Shown here: piece after piece, positions 22,213 through 33,738 of the stretch | How the letters are laid out: every line of letters begins with the position of its first letter | How positions within the stretch are numbered: the first letter of the stretch is position 1 | Assembly (NCBI GenBank): GCA_032718475.1 | Contig: JAUCBJ010006724.1 | Span: 1 to 64,000 of the forward strand | Reading direction: 5' to 3' | DNA from: Nemertoderma westbladi | Lineage: Eukaryota > Animalia > Xenacoelomorpha | DNA length: 64,000 bases | Translations under genes and position numbers: made by a program | The notes under the pieces: generated by a model | What the model was told of the DNA's origin: nothing | What the model saw: only the letters and a program-made list of their open reading frames with translations | Database searches by the model: none

Positions 22213-24559
22213 ACCGTACTGTATATTGTGGTAATTAGACACTCTTGCATTCTGTATATTGTGGTAATTAGATGCAGTGTGGTCTTGTGGTAAATAGACA
22301 CTGCGTTATGTATATTGTGGTAATTAGACGCAGTATAGTATTGTGGTAATTAGAGACTTGCGTTCTGTATATTGTGGTAATTAGATGCCATTGTAAAATA
22401 ATATTGTGGTAATTAGATGCAGTGTGCAGTGTAGTCTTGTTCGTAAATAGATTGTGGTAATTAGACGCAATATAGTGTTGTGGTAATTAGACACTTGCAT
22501 TCTGTATATTGTGGTAATTAGATGCCATTGTAAAATAATATTGTGGTAATTAGATGCAGTGTAGTCTTGTGGTAATTAGATGCAGTATAGTCTTGTGGTA
22601 ATTAGACACTTGCGTTCTGTAAATTGTGGTAATTAGATGCCATTGTAAAATAATATTGTGGTAATTAGATGCAGTGTGCAGTGTAGTGTTGTTCGTAAAT
22701 AGATTGTGGTAATTAGACGCAGTATAGTTGATAGTCTTGTGGTAATTAGACGCAGTATAGTCTTGTGGTAATTAGACGCAGTATAGTCTTGTGGTAATTA
22801 GACGCAGTATAGTCTTGTGGTAATTAGACACTTGCGTTCCGTATATTGTGGTAATTAGATGCCATTGTAAAATAATATTGTGGTAATTAGATGCAGTGTA
22901 GTCTTGTGGTAATTAGACGCAGTATAGTCTTGTGGTAATTAGACACTTGCGTTCTGTATATTGTGGTAATTAGATGCCATTGTAAAATAATATTGTGGTA
23001 ATTAGATGCAGTGTGCAGTGTAGTGTTGTTCGTAAATAGATTGTGGTAATTAGACGCAGTATAGTCTTGTGGTAATTAGACACTTGCGTTCTGTATATTG
23101 TGGTAATTAGATGCCATTGTAAAATAATATTGTGGTAATTAGATGCAGTGTAGTCTTGTGGTAAATAGACACTTGAGTTCTGTATATTGTGGTAATTAGA
23201 TGCCATTGTAAAATAATATTGTGGTAATTAGATGCAGTGTAGTCTTGTGGTAAATAGACACTGGAGTTCTGTATATTGTGGTAATTAGATGCCATTGTAA
23301 AATAATATTGTGGTAATTAGATGCAGTGTGCAGTGTAGTCTTGTTCGTAAATAGATTGTGGTAATTAGACGCAGTATAGTCTTGTGGTAATTAGACACTT
23401 GCGTTCTGTATATTGTGGTAATTAGATGCCATTGTAAAATAATATTGTGGTAATTACAGTAGATGCAGTGTAGTCTTGTGGTAAATAGACACTTGAGTTC
23501 TGTATATTGTGGTAATTAGATGCCATTGTAAAATAACATTGTGGTAATTAGATGCCTGTATCGAATTGTTGGGGTAGATTGTGGTAGATTGTGGTAGTTT
23601 GTGGTAGGTTGGGGTAGGTTGGGGTAATTAGTAGGACCGGTTTAACGCACACTGGCAGCTGGCTGAGTACAGTCACATGAGTGGTAGACTGGTGGCTGAC
23701 AGGCCATATTGAAAGGTTTTACATGTACGCCGAGCACATTCGGTGCAGCACTAGAACTTGCACCAGGAGCTGGCACAGAAATGTCCTACGCCGGGCAATG
23801 AGTCTGAAGGGTCGGTGCTACGCTGGTGTAGCCATAGCCAGCGTAGCACCAACAATGATAGAGATGCTGCGCTCGGTGCAAATTAATTGAAATCACGAAA
23901 ATACATACAAAAATTTGCTCGCGTTTATTTTTCATTTCATATTCTTCAAACTGTCAAATGTCTCTTTCTATCATTTCACGAATACGGAACTAAAAATTTA
24001 TCAATTTATTTTAACTACTATTGTTATTTGTTATGTTTATGTTAGTAAACAGGTAAAGTCAGAAAGTAACAATGTAGGCCTATTAAGTATGACTTACTGT
24101 AATTATCAGATTATATAAGCCAACTGTATGTTAAGAGTGTAAGAGTCAGAGAGTAAGACTAATTATTATACACAGTATTACTGCAGTACTGGTACCTAAT
24201 GATAATGAAGTATTGCATATTTATTCAAATTTTACACAGTATAGAGTAATGTATTTTCAAATATAAATGTAGTGGATTACAAAAATATTTTTTAATATTA
24301 CCGGCATACCGGCGACAATTTTGAATGAAACGCGCAAACTTTTAAAAAAGGAATGTAAAATTGTTCTTATGAGCTGTACGATTTTTTGGATTTTTTGCAC
24401 GTTTTGAGATATGGCATGAAATGAGCTATACCAGTCTGCCAGTATACTGGTATATGTGACTTTCTATGGATTACGATGAGGTGTGCGACGAGCCAATTTC
24501 AGGCAGTCAGGTGCGCGGTGATCTTGAAACAACAAAGTGTACCTACTCGCTCATGAATG

Positions 24560-25440
24560 AATTCCAACCTGGGCTATAACCACCTATAACGAGCTATAAT
24601 ATGAAAATTTACATTAAAAAAACGCCCCTAGGGTGTTTTTAACTTTTGGATTAACACCAAACACGGTGGTCTGAAAAATACCGCAGGTTAAAACTTAGGC
24701 TGTTAGGGTAGGCCTATCTGCCTATGCTGCTATGCCTAATTGATACTGGTAAGATTTTTTATTGGCCTATATTGCTCACTCACTATATGCTATATTCCTG
24801 TATTCTATATCTATATCGACCAGACTGCCAGAAGCTGACAGCGGATAGCACGATGGAGGATAGACAGAGAGATGGGAGACCTCTCCACTGCTGCACTGTC
24901 TGATAGTCAGATAATGCAGTACTGCAGTAGTCAGGCAGTCAGGTAGGCCTAGTGCCTAGTGCAGTAGTCTGGTAGTGGCATGCTGACTAAAATGCAATAA
25001 TGACTGATTCCGTGATACCACAAAGATGAAAAGCATTATGGACTAAAAAAACAAATTGTGTAATTAAATTACTGACTAGGAAAATAAATCCATTCTAATT
25101 TAGTTTAGTTTATTTCGCCACACATGTTAAAATACATGAATACAACAAACAATTATACCTGGCTGCCTGGCATCAACTTATAAATACGCTACTGCGTGTT
25201 ACACGACGGTATTGTTGCTAAATAATAATAAAAATAATAAAAGTAAAATATGTTTTTTTATTGTAAATTTTCAGATTATCTGATTATAGCTCGTTATACA
25301 GTTATAGGTGGTTATAGCTTGTTATAGGAAGTTATAGCCCATTAACTGATTAAAGCTCGTTATAGCCCATTATAGATCGTTCTACCTTTTAATACTTACC
25401 CTGTACATTCTCTTCTCAATGCAACCCAGGTTGGAATTTA
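24560..25440. repeat. Degenerate inverted-repeat element with GTTATAG/CTATAAC subterminal repeats and a GGGTAAG-type end at 25401
   Basis: 24560-24600 is reverse-complementary in pieces to 25283-25318 and 25424-25438. Confidence 0.45.
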
Positions 25441-25457
25441 TGTAGAGGTAGCTCAAC

Positions 25458-25582
25458 ATGTGTGGCGCGGATTAAGGATCCTGGCGCGTAGTGACAGGGG
25501 CGTGTGGCGCGGATTAAGGATCCCGGCGCGTAGTGACTGGGGCGTGTGGCGCGCATTGAGGATCCTGGCGGTCCTGGCGCGA
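25458..25582. repeat. ~42-bp GC-rich tandem repeat x ~3 (GTGTGGCGCGGATTAAGGATCC...)
   Basis: Directly visible. Confidence 0.85.
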
Positions 25583-26593
25583 ATATGGATGTAGGGTTAG
25601 GTTAGAACAGTAGGAGGTAGCGTAGCAGTGCACTAGCAACACATCCCACTCTACAGCTCTATTTCAGTATTTGAAATTATTCCATAGGTTTATAAAGATC
25701 GAAAAATGTCTGCTCGCTTCGCTTGCGTTTATACTATAACTGTATAAGTCTACTCTTAGCACTGTTTGGCTGTGGACAAATGGAAACGGACAGATTGAGC
25801 ATGACCATTAAAAACATGACTTGTTTCAAAAGTTTTTCAATTGTCAGATTCTTCAAACCAATAAAACCATGACAGCCTGCATGATTCAGCAGACAGTCTG
25901 GGAAATTAGCCCAATAGGGAAATTTTAAAATTTCTCTATAAGGAAACTTTTATTTCCCTATAGGGAAATTTTTGCATAATCGCTATAATCGCTATGGGGA
26001 AACATGCATATGTTTCCCTATAGGGAAATTTTACCATGGATATCTCTCACAATCAGACAATGACATCAAAAATTTCCCGATAGGGAAATATTGCAAAATT
26101 TCATAAAAGTTTAGGTGGTTTGTTGATAACTGATATAAATGTATAACTGCAAACATCACTGTGAGCTGAAATTCCAACAACATGTTTGTCTGTTTGTTGT
26201 TGTGCTCTCTATGCCTCTCTACAGCTCTATGCTACATACATGCAGTACATAAATCATGTAGAATATCTATAGCACAGACCTGTAGACTTTAGATGTGTTG
26301 TTAATACCACTGTGCGTTCATGCATCTTCTTTCATTGTCTTTGGAATAGCCTATGTACAGATGTATACGTTCGTTCATACTATAGATTAATATGTACTGT
26401 ATATTGCATTGGTGTATTATTGTATTTGTCTGTTTGTATTAATATATATTATAGTTATATTATATTTATTCACAGCCATTGCCATAGTTTTGGATTACAG
26501 TAAATTTCTATTTGAATTTGAGTGTAGCATTATTAAAAATAATAGGGTGGTATATGTAAAGCCTGTTGTCAGCTGACTAATAACTATCCCTCG

Positions 26594-27760
26594 ATGTTCC
26601 AGGATCTGAGCTCTATTAATTGGGCCTCCATCTTAGAGCCATTAGACCTACATTCATCATTGGACCTATTTCAAAAAGAGCTGATTTCCACATATAAACA
26701 TAACATTCCAACTAAGTCAGGACCTTCATCCAGTAAACCTAAGTGGATAAATGGATTCGTCAAATCTCAAATAAGGATTAAGGAACAAGCTTGGATTAGC
26801 TACAAAAATAAAAAAAAATTTTCTTCATTCACAGCCTACAACAAGCAAGCTAGAAACAGATGTATTTCGGTAATTAAACAGGAGAAGGTTGCCTACGAAC
26901 GTAAAACTGCAAGTAATGTCCCTAGTAACTCCAAAATATTTTGGAAATTTATACAGTCAAAGTACCAAAGGCAAGACAAGCAATACAGGATGATGGTTCG
27001 TTTGCTAGCTGATATTGAAAAGGCTACTTTTAATTTATTAATAAGTCAATGAATGAAAGAGCGCTTCGCTTGGAAGCTCGCCAACCTGCCAACATTTCTC
27101 CATGCTATTTAAGAATGGTAGTAAATATTTGTGTGAAAACTTCGGATCTATCAGTCTAACTTCAGTGGTCTGCAAACTTATGGAACGAAATATTGTCAAT
27201 GAAACATACAGCTGTATATCTACTGTCTATAACCTTATACCCTGTGGCCAATACGGTTTCCAGAAAGGCAGAAAGGGTGATCATGCACTCTGCAACTACT
27301 TGATTATATCTTCCATTGGTTCAAAGTACTAGATGATCGCATGTGCATCGATGTGTACTTGGACTTTCGGAAAGCCTTTGATTCAGTGCCACAGCAGAGA
27401 CTGATTGTCAAATTGCATGCCCCCTGGAATAACCGGCTTAAGTTATTAAATTGGTTTCGGGCGTTTCTCTGATGTTGTTGTCATGATGTTCCAACTCTAC
27501 TCATTCATCTTTTCACCGATGACCTCAAAGACACCGCTATACTGCTATATTCGACCCCAGTAACATCACCTCTATTGCCCCAGTGATTTGGATATCCTGT
27601 ACCGCTGGAGCAAATTGTGGCAACTTCTTTTTAACCACGACCAATGTAAGGCTGTAAGCCTGTAAGCTGTACTGCTGTAAGGTAATGCTCGACCACTCAC
27701 TAAAGTCCACAGATTTACAAAAAGACTTGGGAGTCCTATGATTAGTGATTGTGAATGACA
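26594..27760 (+). pseudogene. Highly degraded CR1-clade ORF2 fragment
   Basis: KPKWIN, KIFWKFI, ISLTSVVCKLME, QYGF and LDFRKAFDSVP motifs with stops and deletions. Confidence 0.8.
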
Positions 27761-28073
27761 TTCGTGATTGGTTAATTCAACACATTACTCTTGGATACTA
27801 TTATCATGAAATCTTTAGTCAGTGTCTTTCATTTCGAAGTGTGTGTTGTGCAAGGGAATTGCCATAAAAGCTTAAAAGGTGAAGGAATATTGTAAGGGGG
27901 GGTGATGTTTTTGATGAAAATAAACAACCTCTGATTAAAAGTAAATGATGTGTATAAATTCAAATATAAAATAATGAAGTGTAGGTTAGGCTGTTAGGTA
28001 GTGTACCATTATTCAATAGGCCTATATTTTGAATCAAAGCACTTAATATTATTCATTATTATTAAAACAGAAA

Positions 28074-28205
28074 ACTTTTCTGGCAACCAACTCATGGAAA
28101 GCGTAGTCGTGGACGACCTGCCATAACATATATAGATCAACTTGAAAGGGATACTGAACTTGGGAGAAACGAAATTGCGACAACTATGGAGAGTAGTAGT
28201 AGTAG
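28074..28205 (+). mobile_element. Short 3' fragment of an RTE-clade LINE with (TAG)n tail and 14-bp TSD
   Basis: Matches 49240-49340. TATTAAAACAGAAA at 28060-28073 and 28206-28219. Confidence 0.8.
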
Positions 28206-28639
28206 TATTAAAACAGAAACCAGGAAAGGTACGTACAGTCTAAAATAAATAAAAATCATGTAAAATTAATTAAAAACCAAGATTTGCATAATTTCCCTAT
28301 AGGGAAAACTTTAATTTCCCTATAGGGAAACACAAATTTCCCTATAGGGAAATAAATAAGTTTCCCTATTGGGCTAATTTCCCAGACTGGCAGAATTTCC
28401 GTGCTCGCTACGCTCGCCAGCCAGGGCTGGCAAAGTAGGTAATAACCATAAACCATAAACTAGTTTTTGTAGGTTTTTGTCAAAAACCTAAAATTTGAAA
28501 AAAGCCTAAAACTAGGTTTTATGTTTTTGATTTTTCATCTTTAATTTGCCTTTTAATTTCATTTGTACTGTACACTCAAAACAACTGAACAAGTCAACTT
28601 GCATTGTCAGCTGATGAGTTCCAGTCCAGTCCAGTTCAG

Positions 28640-29080
28640 TAAGGGAAAATACCCCGAATCGGGGTATAGAAGCAAACCCCCATTCGGGGTTTTGTGATAC
28701 CCCGATTCGGGGTTCTCCCATAGACATTTTTTCTCCTTCATTTCCGCATATGAAGATTTTAATTCCGCAATTTCGTTTTAACATATTCGAATACACATTG
28801 GTGTGTACTACAAATAAGAAAACTTTGGAGTAATAATGAAATCTTCCGGCTTCGATATTGTACCGGAAAATCTAATGTAAATTATACCCCGAATCAGGGT
28901 ATCCAGGACTCCCTGTACCCCGAATGGGGGCTTGTGATATATTCATACAGCCTGCAGAAGCACCGATTCGGGGTCAGTATTTTCTAGTACACCGATTCAG
29001 GAATTCAATTTTCTCGAAAATACACCGAATCAGCTCTTTTTTTCCACTCTGACACCGATTCGGTGTATATTTTCTAGTCG
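28640..29080. repeat. Cluster of CCCCGA(A/T)TCGGGG / CACCGATTCGG quasi-palindromes (CACTA-like subterminal repeats)
   Basis: Motif recurs in both orientations about ten times. Confidence 0.55.
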
Positions 29081-29364
29081 TTTTTTATATTTTTAATGGA
29101 TTTTCGTGATGTAATTCATATTTTAATTAGTATTAGTGTTATATAAACGAACAAATTAATTAAAATATTTAATATATTTTCGATGCGAGTATATTTGGTG
29201 ATTTCCTATTGTATTATTGTTTGTTATTATACGTAATTTGTCATCGTCAGTGACAAATTGGTAGTGTAATAAATGGGCCAAGTTTATAATGTGAGCTATT
29301 CCTGGTGGCAGAGCAGTTGCCGCTAATGTGATTTACAGTAGGCTATTACATTTATTTTTTATTA

Positions 29365-29689
29365 GTTGTGAGTAGTTTAAGTCATAACTCTGTTTATGTA
29401 GATAAAGCGCCACGTCCTAAAGGAACTGTTAATATTACCGAAGGTGAATAATATTGTCAGAGATTATATAATACTGTCAGTCGAATAATACATTAGGCTT
29501 ACATAGCAATAAAAATTAAACCGTCGAACCCAATCTCCCGGGAATATCCAGCGGGTGAATGGTCGCGCACGGATTGGTTTCGACTAGTGTAGTGAATAAA
29601 ATACTTGTCATAGACTAAAAGCAGATTTAATATCTAGAAGACATCTTAATTTGGTGGGTTAAACTGCCAAAGGTCTGAAAGCGCGAACA
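29365..29689 (+). mobile_element. 3' fragment of the same LTR family as 989-2202, abutting LINE ORF1
   Basis: Near-identical to 1879-2202 and ends at the same ...GCGCGAACA. Confidence 0.9.
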
Positions 29690-29691
29690 AG

Positions 29692-29955
29692 GCCAAACTG
29701 CTACGAAACATCCCAAGCTACCACAATATCTACATATCACCGGACCTAACTCCTGCAGAACAAAAAATACAATTCGACTTGAGAGAGGAAAAACGGAACT
29801 TGGAACAACAACAGCCAGAAAAAACGTGGATTATATATCGAGGAACTGTAAAAGAAAAGACATCACAGCACTCAACCCCAGACTCAACGGGATTTGCAGG
29901 GAACCAGACCTCAACCTTGCACAATAGTAACGATACATCTCAAACCCTGGATTGA
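29692..29955 (+). CDS. C-terminal part of LINE ORF1 (truncated)
   Basis: Translates as AKLLRN...IYISPDLTPAEQKIQFDLREEKR...WIIYRG, similar to the ORF1 C-terminus at 43689-44768. Confidence 0.8.
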   Translation, partial: AKLLRNIPSYHNIYISPDLTPAEQKIQFDLREEKRNLEQQQPEKTWIIYRGTVKEKTSQHSTPDSTGFAGNQTSTLHNSNDTSQTLD

Positions 29956-32900
29956 CTACCACGAAAACAATCAAACGCGACCACAGTGCTACACCCAACA
30001 CTCGAGACCTTCCTCAACAAAGGTATCCACATTACACACCTGAACATTAGAAGTTTGTTACCTAAACTCTCCGAAATAAAACTCATCCTAAACACACAAA
30101 CCATCGACATACTCACCCTATCAGAAACTTGGCTGGACGCATCAATAACTAAAGAAGCCGTGAAAATAAATGGATATGAAATGCATAGAAATGACAGGAA
30201 CAGGGAAGGAGGTGGGGTAGCAATTTATATCTCGGAGAATCTTACTTTAAACCCAATAACTCCACAACAAATCACCAACCCAACACCCGAATGCCTTTTT
30301 GGCAGTCTCCACCTACCACAAAGTAAACCGATTCTCATAGGAACAGTATACCGCCCACAGTCAACCCTAACATTCTTTGAGGACCTCGAAAACACTATCG
30401 GAGACACCACAAACTACAAAGAAATTTTTATACTAGGTGACACCAACAGCGACACCCTCAACACTCGCGACCCTAACACAGCAACACTACGGCACAAACT
30501 ACAATCGTTCTGTAATACCTCTGGTCTAGAACAAATCATTAAGGAGCCAACCCGTGTATCCAAAACGTCACAGACCACCATCGACCACATATTTGTTTCC
30601 TCACGACAATCTGAGATGATTAGCGCTAGTGGTGTAATTAAAACCGGCCTAAGTGATCACTATATGGTATACGTCACCCGCAAAAGGAAAAAGAAGAACA
30701 ATGCCTCTAAGCACACAACCCGATTATGTCGATCATACAAACACTACACAGCCGAGACCCTCCAGAACCACCTAAGAAACAGCTCTGACCTAAAGAACAT
30801 GCCCTCGATATCATGTCCTGACGCCGCAGCCAATCTACTCACAAAAGAAATCACGCGCATCCTCAACACCATCGCACCAAGAAAAGAAATCCGCGTCAAA
30901 AACTCTATTGAACCCTGGATGACCCGCGACATAACAGATAAAATACAATCCCGAAATAAGGCTCTCCTATTATTTCACAACCACAGAACAGCCTCCAACC
31001 ACTCCGCATACAAAAACCTAAGGAACGAAGTCACACAACTGATCCGGCTATCAAAATCATCATATATTAGACAACAGTTAGAGAACAACAAAACAAACAG
31101 TAAAGAACTATGGCGAACACTGAAAAGAATCGGCGCACCCTCTAAGAAATCAAACTCTCCTAGCACAGCCATCTCCTGCCTAGAGATTGATAAGAAACTG
31201 ATACATGATCAGGAAACCATAGCTGACTCATTAAACAGCTACTACACCAACGTAGCTGTATCTCTCCAAGATCTACTACCTGAACCCTCAGGACACTACA
31301 ATGGCCCTGCTGTCGAAGAATTCTACCTAAACAAAGGAATCAGTAAAAACAGCTTCAGCCTCCAAACCACAGACTGCAGCACAGTTTCAAAGATACTGGG
31401 TAACCTCGACCCATCCAAAAGCAGTGGCCCAGATGACATCTCCCCTCGAATTCTAAAGGATGGTGCCGCCATAATAGGAGTGCACCTAACACATATGATA
31501 AATCTATCCATCACCTCAGGTATATTCCCTACCCCCTACAAACTGGCAAAAGTAGTTCCTATAATGAAAAAAGGCAACAGACTAGACCGCTGCAACACCA
31601 GACCGATATCCCTACTACAAACGGCTTCCAAAATCCTCGAGAAAGTGGTGTACATACAATTTGCCAACTATCTATATTCCAACAACATTATAGACGACTA
31701 TCAATCCGGCCTCCGACCCGGCTACTCAGTCCAAACGTGCCTACTATACCTCGACGACCAAATTCGTGATGCTATCGAAAACGGGAAACTTATGGGACTG
31801 GTTGCAATTGACATCCAAAAGGCATACGATTCAGTAGATTGATCAATTCTGCTACACAAACTTGAATGTATCGGCATGGACGCCCATTCAATTACATGGT
31901 TTCGCTCGTACCTGACAGACAGATACCAATATGTTCAGGTTGGAAATAAATCATCAAAGATACTGCCCATCAACTGGGGAACTCCCCAAGGTGCGCTACT
32001 CGCGGTGTTGTTGTTCCTAATCTACATAAACGACTTTGACCTGGCTATAACAATAACCCCGACTCACCATTTGCCATCGATCACCCCGACCGTCGCCACA
32101 CCACCAGCCAACCAGACCATTGCAACAACAACACCAACGACCAACCCGGCCGTCACCACACCAACGGCCAACCCGGCCGCGGCTACGCCACTGGCCACAC
32201 CGGCCATCGCCACGCCAACGGCCATCCCGGCCACGAACACGCTACCGGCCACCCCGACCGCCGCCACACCAACGGCCAACCCGGGCGTGACCATGCCACT
32301 GACCACCCAGGTCGTCGCCACTCTATCGGCCACCCCGGCCGTGACTACGCCACTGGCCACCCCGGTCGTCGCCACCCTATCGGCCACCCTGGCCACGACT
32401 ACGCCACTGGCCAACCCGGCCGTCGCCACTCTGTCGGCCACCCCGGCCACAACTACGCCACTGGCCACCCCGGCCATCACCACTCTATTGGCCACCACGG
32501 CCGCGACTACGCCACTGACCACCCCGGCCGTCGCCACTCCATTGACCACCCTGGCCGTGACTACGCCACTGGCCACCCCAGCCGTCGCCACTCTATCGGC
32601 CACCCCGGCCGTGACTACACCACTGGCCACCCCGGCTGCCGCCACTCTACCAGCCACACTGGCCGCGACTACGCCACTGGCCACCCTGGCCGTCGCCACT
32701 CTATCGGCCACCCCAGCCGCAACTACGCCACTGGCCACCCCGGCCATCGCCACTCTATCAGCCACCCTGGCCGTGTCTACGCCACTGGCCACCCCAGCTG
32801 ACGCCACTGTATTGGCCACCCCGGCCGCGACTACGCCACCAGCCAACCCGGCCGCCGCAATGAAATACGCGGACGACACCAACCTGCTCAGTGCCGGCAC

Positions 32901-33738
32901 CAACCACCACGATATCGCCGAATGTCTCTCAGGAACCTTGGCAAGAGTCTCACAATGGTCATCCGATAACCGACTCCGAATCCACCCGGACAAGTTCGAA
33001 TTAATGTTATTCGGCACCCATGCGCGACTGACTAACACTGACGACTTCTCGGTAACCTACCAAGGAAAAGAATTAATGACATCCGAATCGGTAACCTACC
33101 TGGGATACTCGTTAGACGCCACGCTATCTGGCACATCAAACGCCCAAAGGACAATAAAAAAAGGGAACTCGTGCCTTCGGTTCTTGTACCGCAATCAAGA
33201 AGTCCTGGATAAGCCTCTACGCCGCTTGCTGTGCAACTCCCTAATACAACCCCTAATAGACTACGCAGCTCCATTTTGGTACCTCAGTACCAACAAACGG
33301 TACAGACAACAAATTGATGCGCTCCAACGGAAATGCATCAGATTCTGCTTGTCACTTCCAACTCGTACTCACTTAGACGCAAGTCATTTCACGGCAATGA
33401 ACTGGCTACCGATCACTCAACGAACACACCAGCTAATCCTGACTCACGTCTACAACGTCTATAACAAAAAGGCACCCACATACTTACAGAATTTAATAAA
33501 CTTTGACCATACGACCAACAGACTACGTAACGGCTTTGCACACGCTATTGTCCCACACAAAAGAACTGCAGCTGGAACACTATCATTCTCATACCTAGGA
33601 CCATACCTTTGGAACCAATTACCGAGCGACATAAAAGCATCCACTAACACTGAAACATTCAAACACAAAGTAAAAGAACACCTAATGAAACACGTTATAT
33701 CAAACGAATCGTCAATTTTTTACGCTAACACGTCATAA
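29956..33738 (+). pseudogene. LINE ORF2 (APE endonuclease plus RT) with one in-frame TGA (31840-31842) and a large in-frame repeat insertion
   Basis: HLNIRSL, LSETWL, GDTN, IDHI, SDH, DIQKAYDSVD, PQG and YADD. ORFs 29986-31842 and 31876-33738 share a frame. Confidence 0.9.
32060..32858 (+). repeat. Coding minisatellite (27-bp subunit, 54-bp higher-order unit) encoding ATPAVTTPL/ATPAVATLS-like repeats inside RT
   Basis: Directly visible GC-rich repeats that preserve the reading frame. Confidence 0.9.

Larger units (their letters stand above)
16493..23639. mobile_element. Foldback-type element whose inverted arms are tandem arrays of TCTAATTACCACAA-core repeats, flanked by a 20-bp direct repeat
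   Basis: Left arm 16493-17072 is the reverse complement of right arm 18219-18290 plus 22214-23639. Termini are (G/C)GGTCCTACTAATTACCCC. GTTTAACGCACACTGGCAGC lies at 16473-16492 and 23640-23659. Confidence 0.85.
25894..28389. mobile_element. Non-autonomous DNA transposon with perfect 29-bp TIRs (CAGTCTGGGAAATTAGCCCAATAGGGAAA), palindromic TTTCCCTATAGGGAAA subterminal repeats and 5-bp TSD GCAGA
   Basis: TIRs and TSD (25889-25893 / 28390-28394) read directly. Confidence 0.85.

Noticed and set aside
16560-23560. CRISPR-like array (constant core with variable spacers)
   Set aside because: Spacers are short and reused many times, the arrays form inverted arms of one element, there are no cas genes and the context is eukaryotic.
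25590-25606. Telomeric repeat (TAGGGTTAGGTTAG; also at 2821)
   Set aside because: Only 2-3 imperfect units; no array.
31840-31842. Second programmed readthrough or selenocysteine codon
   Set aside because: TGA-TCA context in the middle of RT; most simply an inactivating point mutation.
32035-32865. Intron or intein in the RT
   Set aside because: No suitable GT...AG boundaries and no intein N-terminal Cys/Ser or C-terminal His-Asn; the content is a simple repeat.
32064-33038. 324-aa antisense Val/Ala/Gly-rich ORF, and similar antisense ORFs over the CRE, BEL and CR1 ORFs
   Set aside because: Shadows of the coding strand or of repeats, with no independent motifs.
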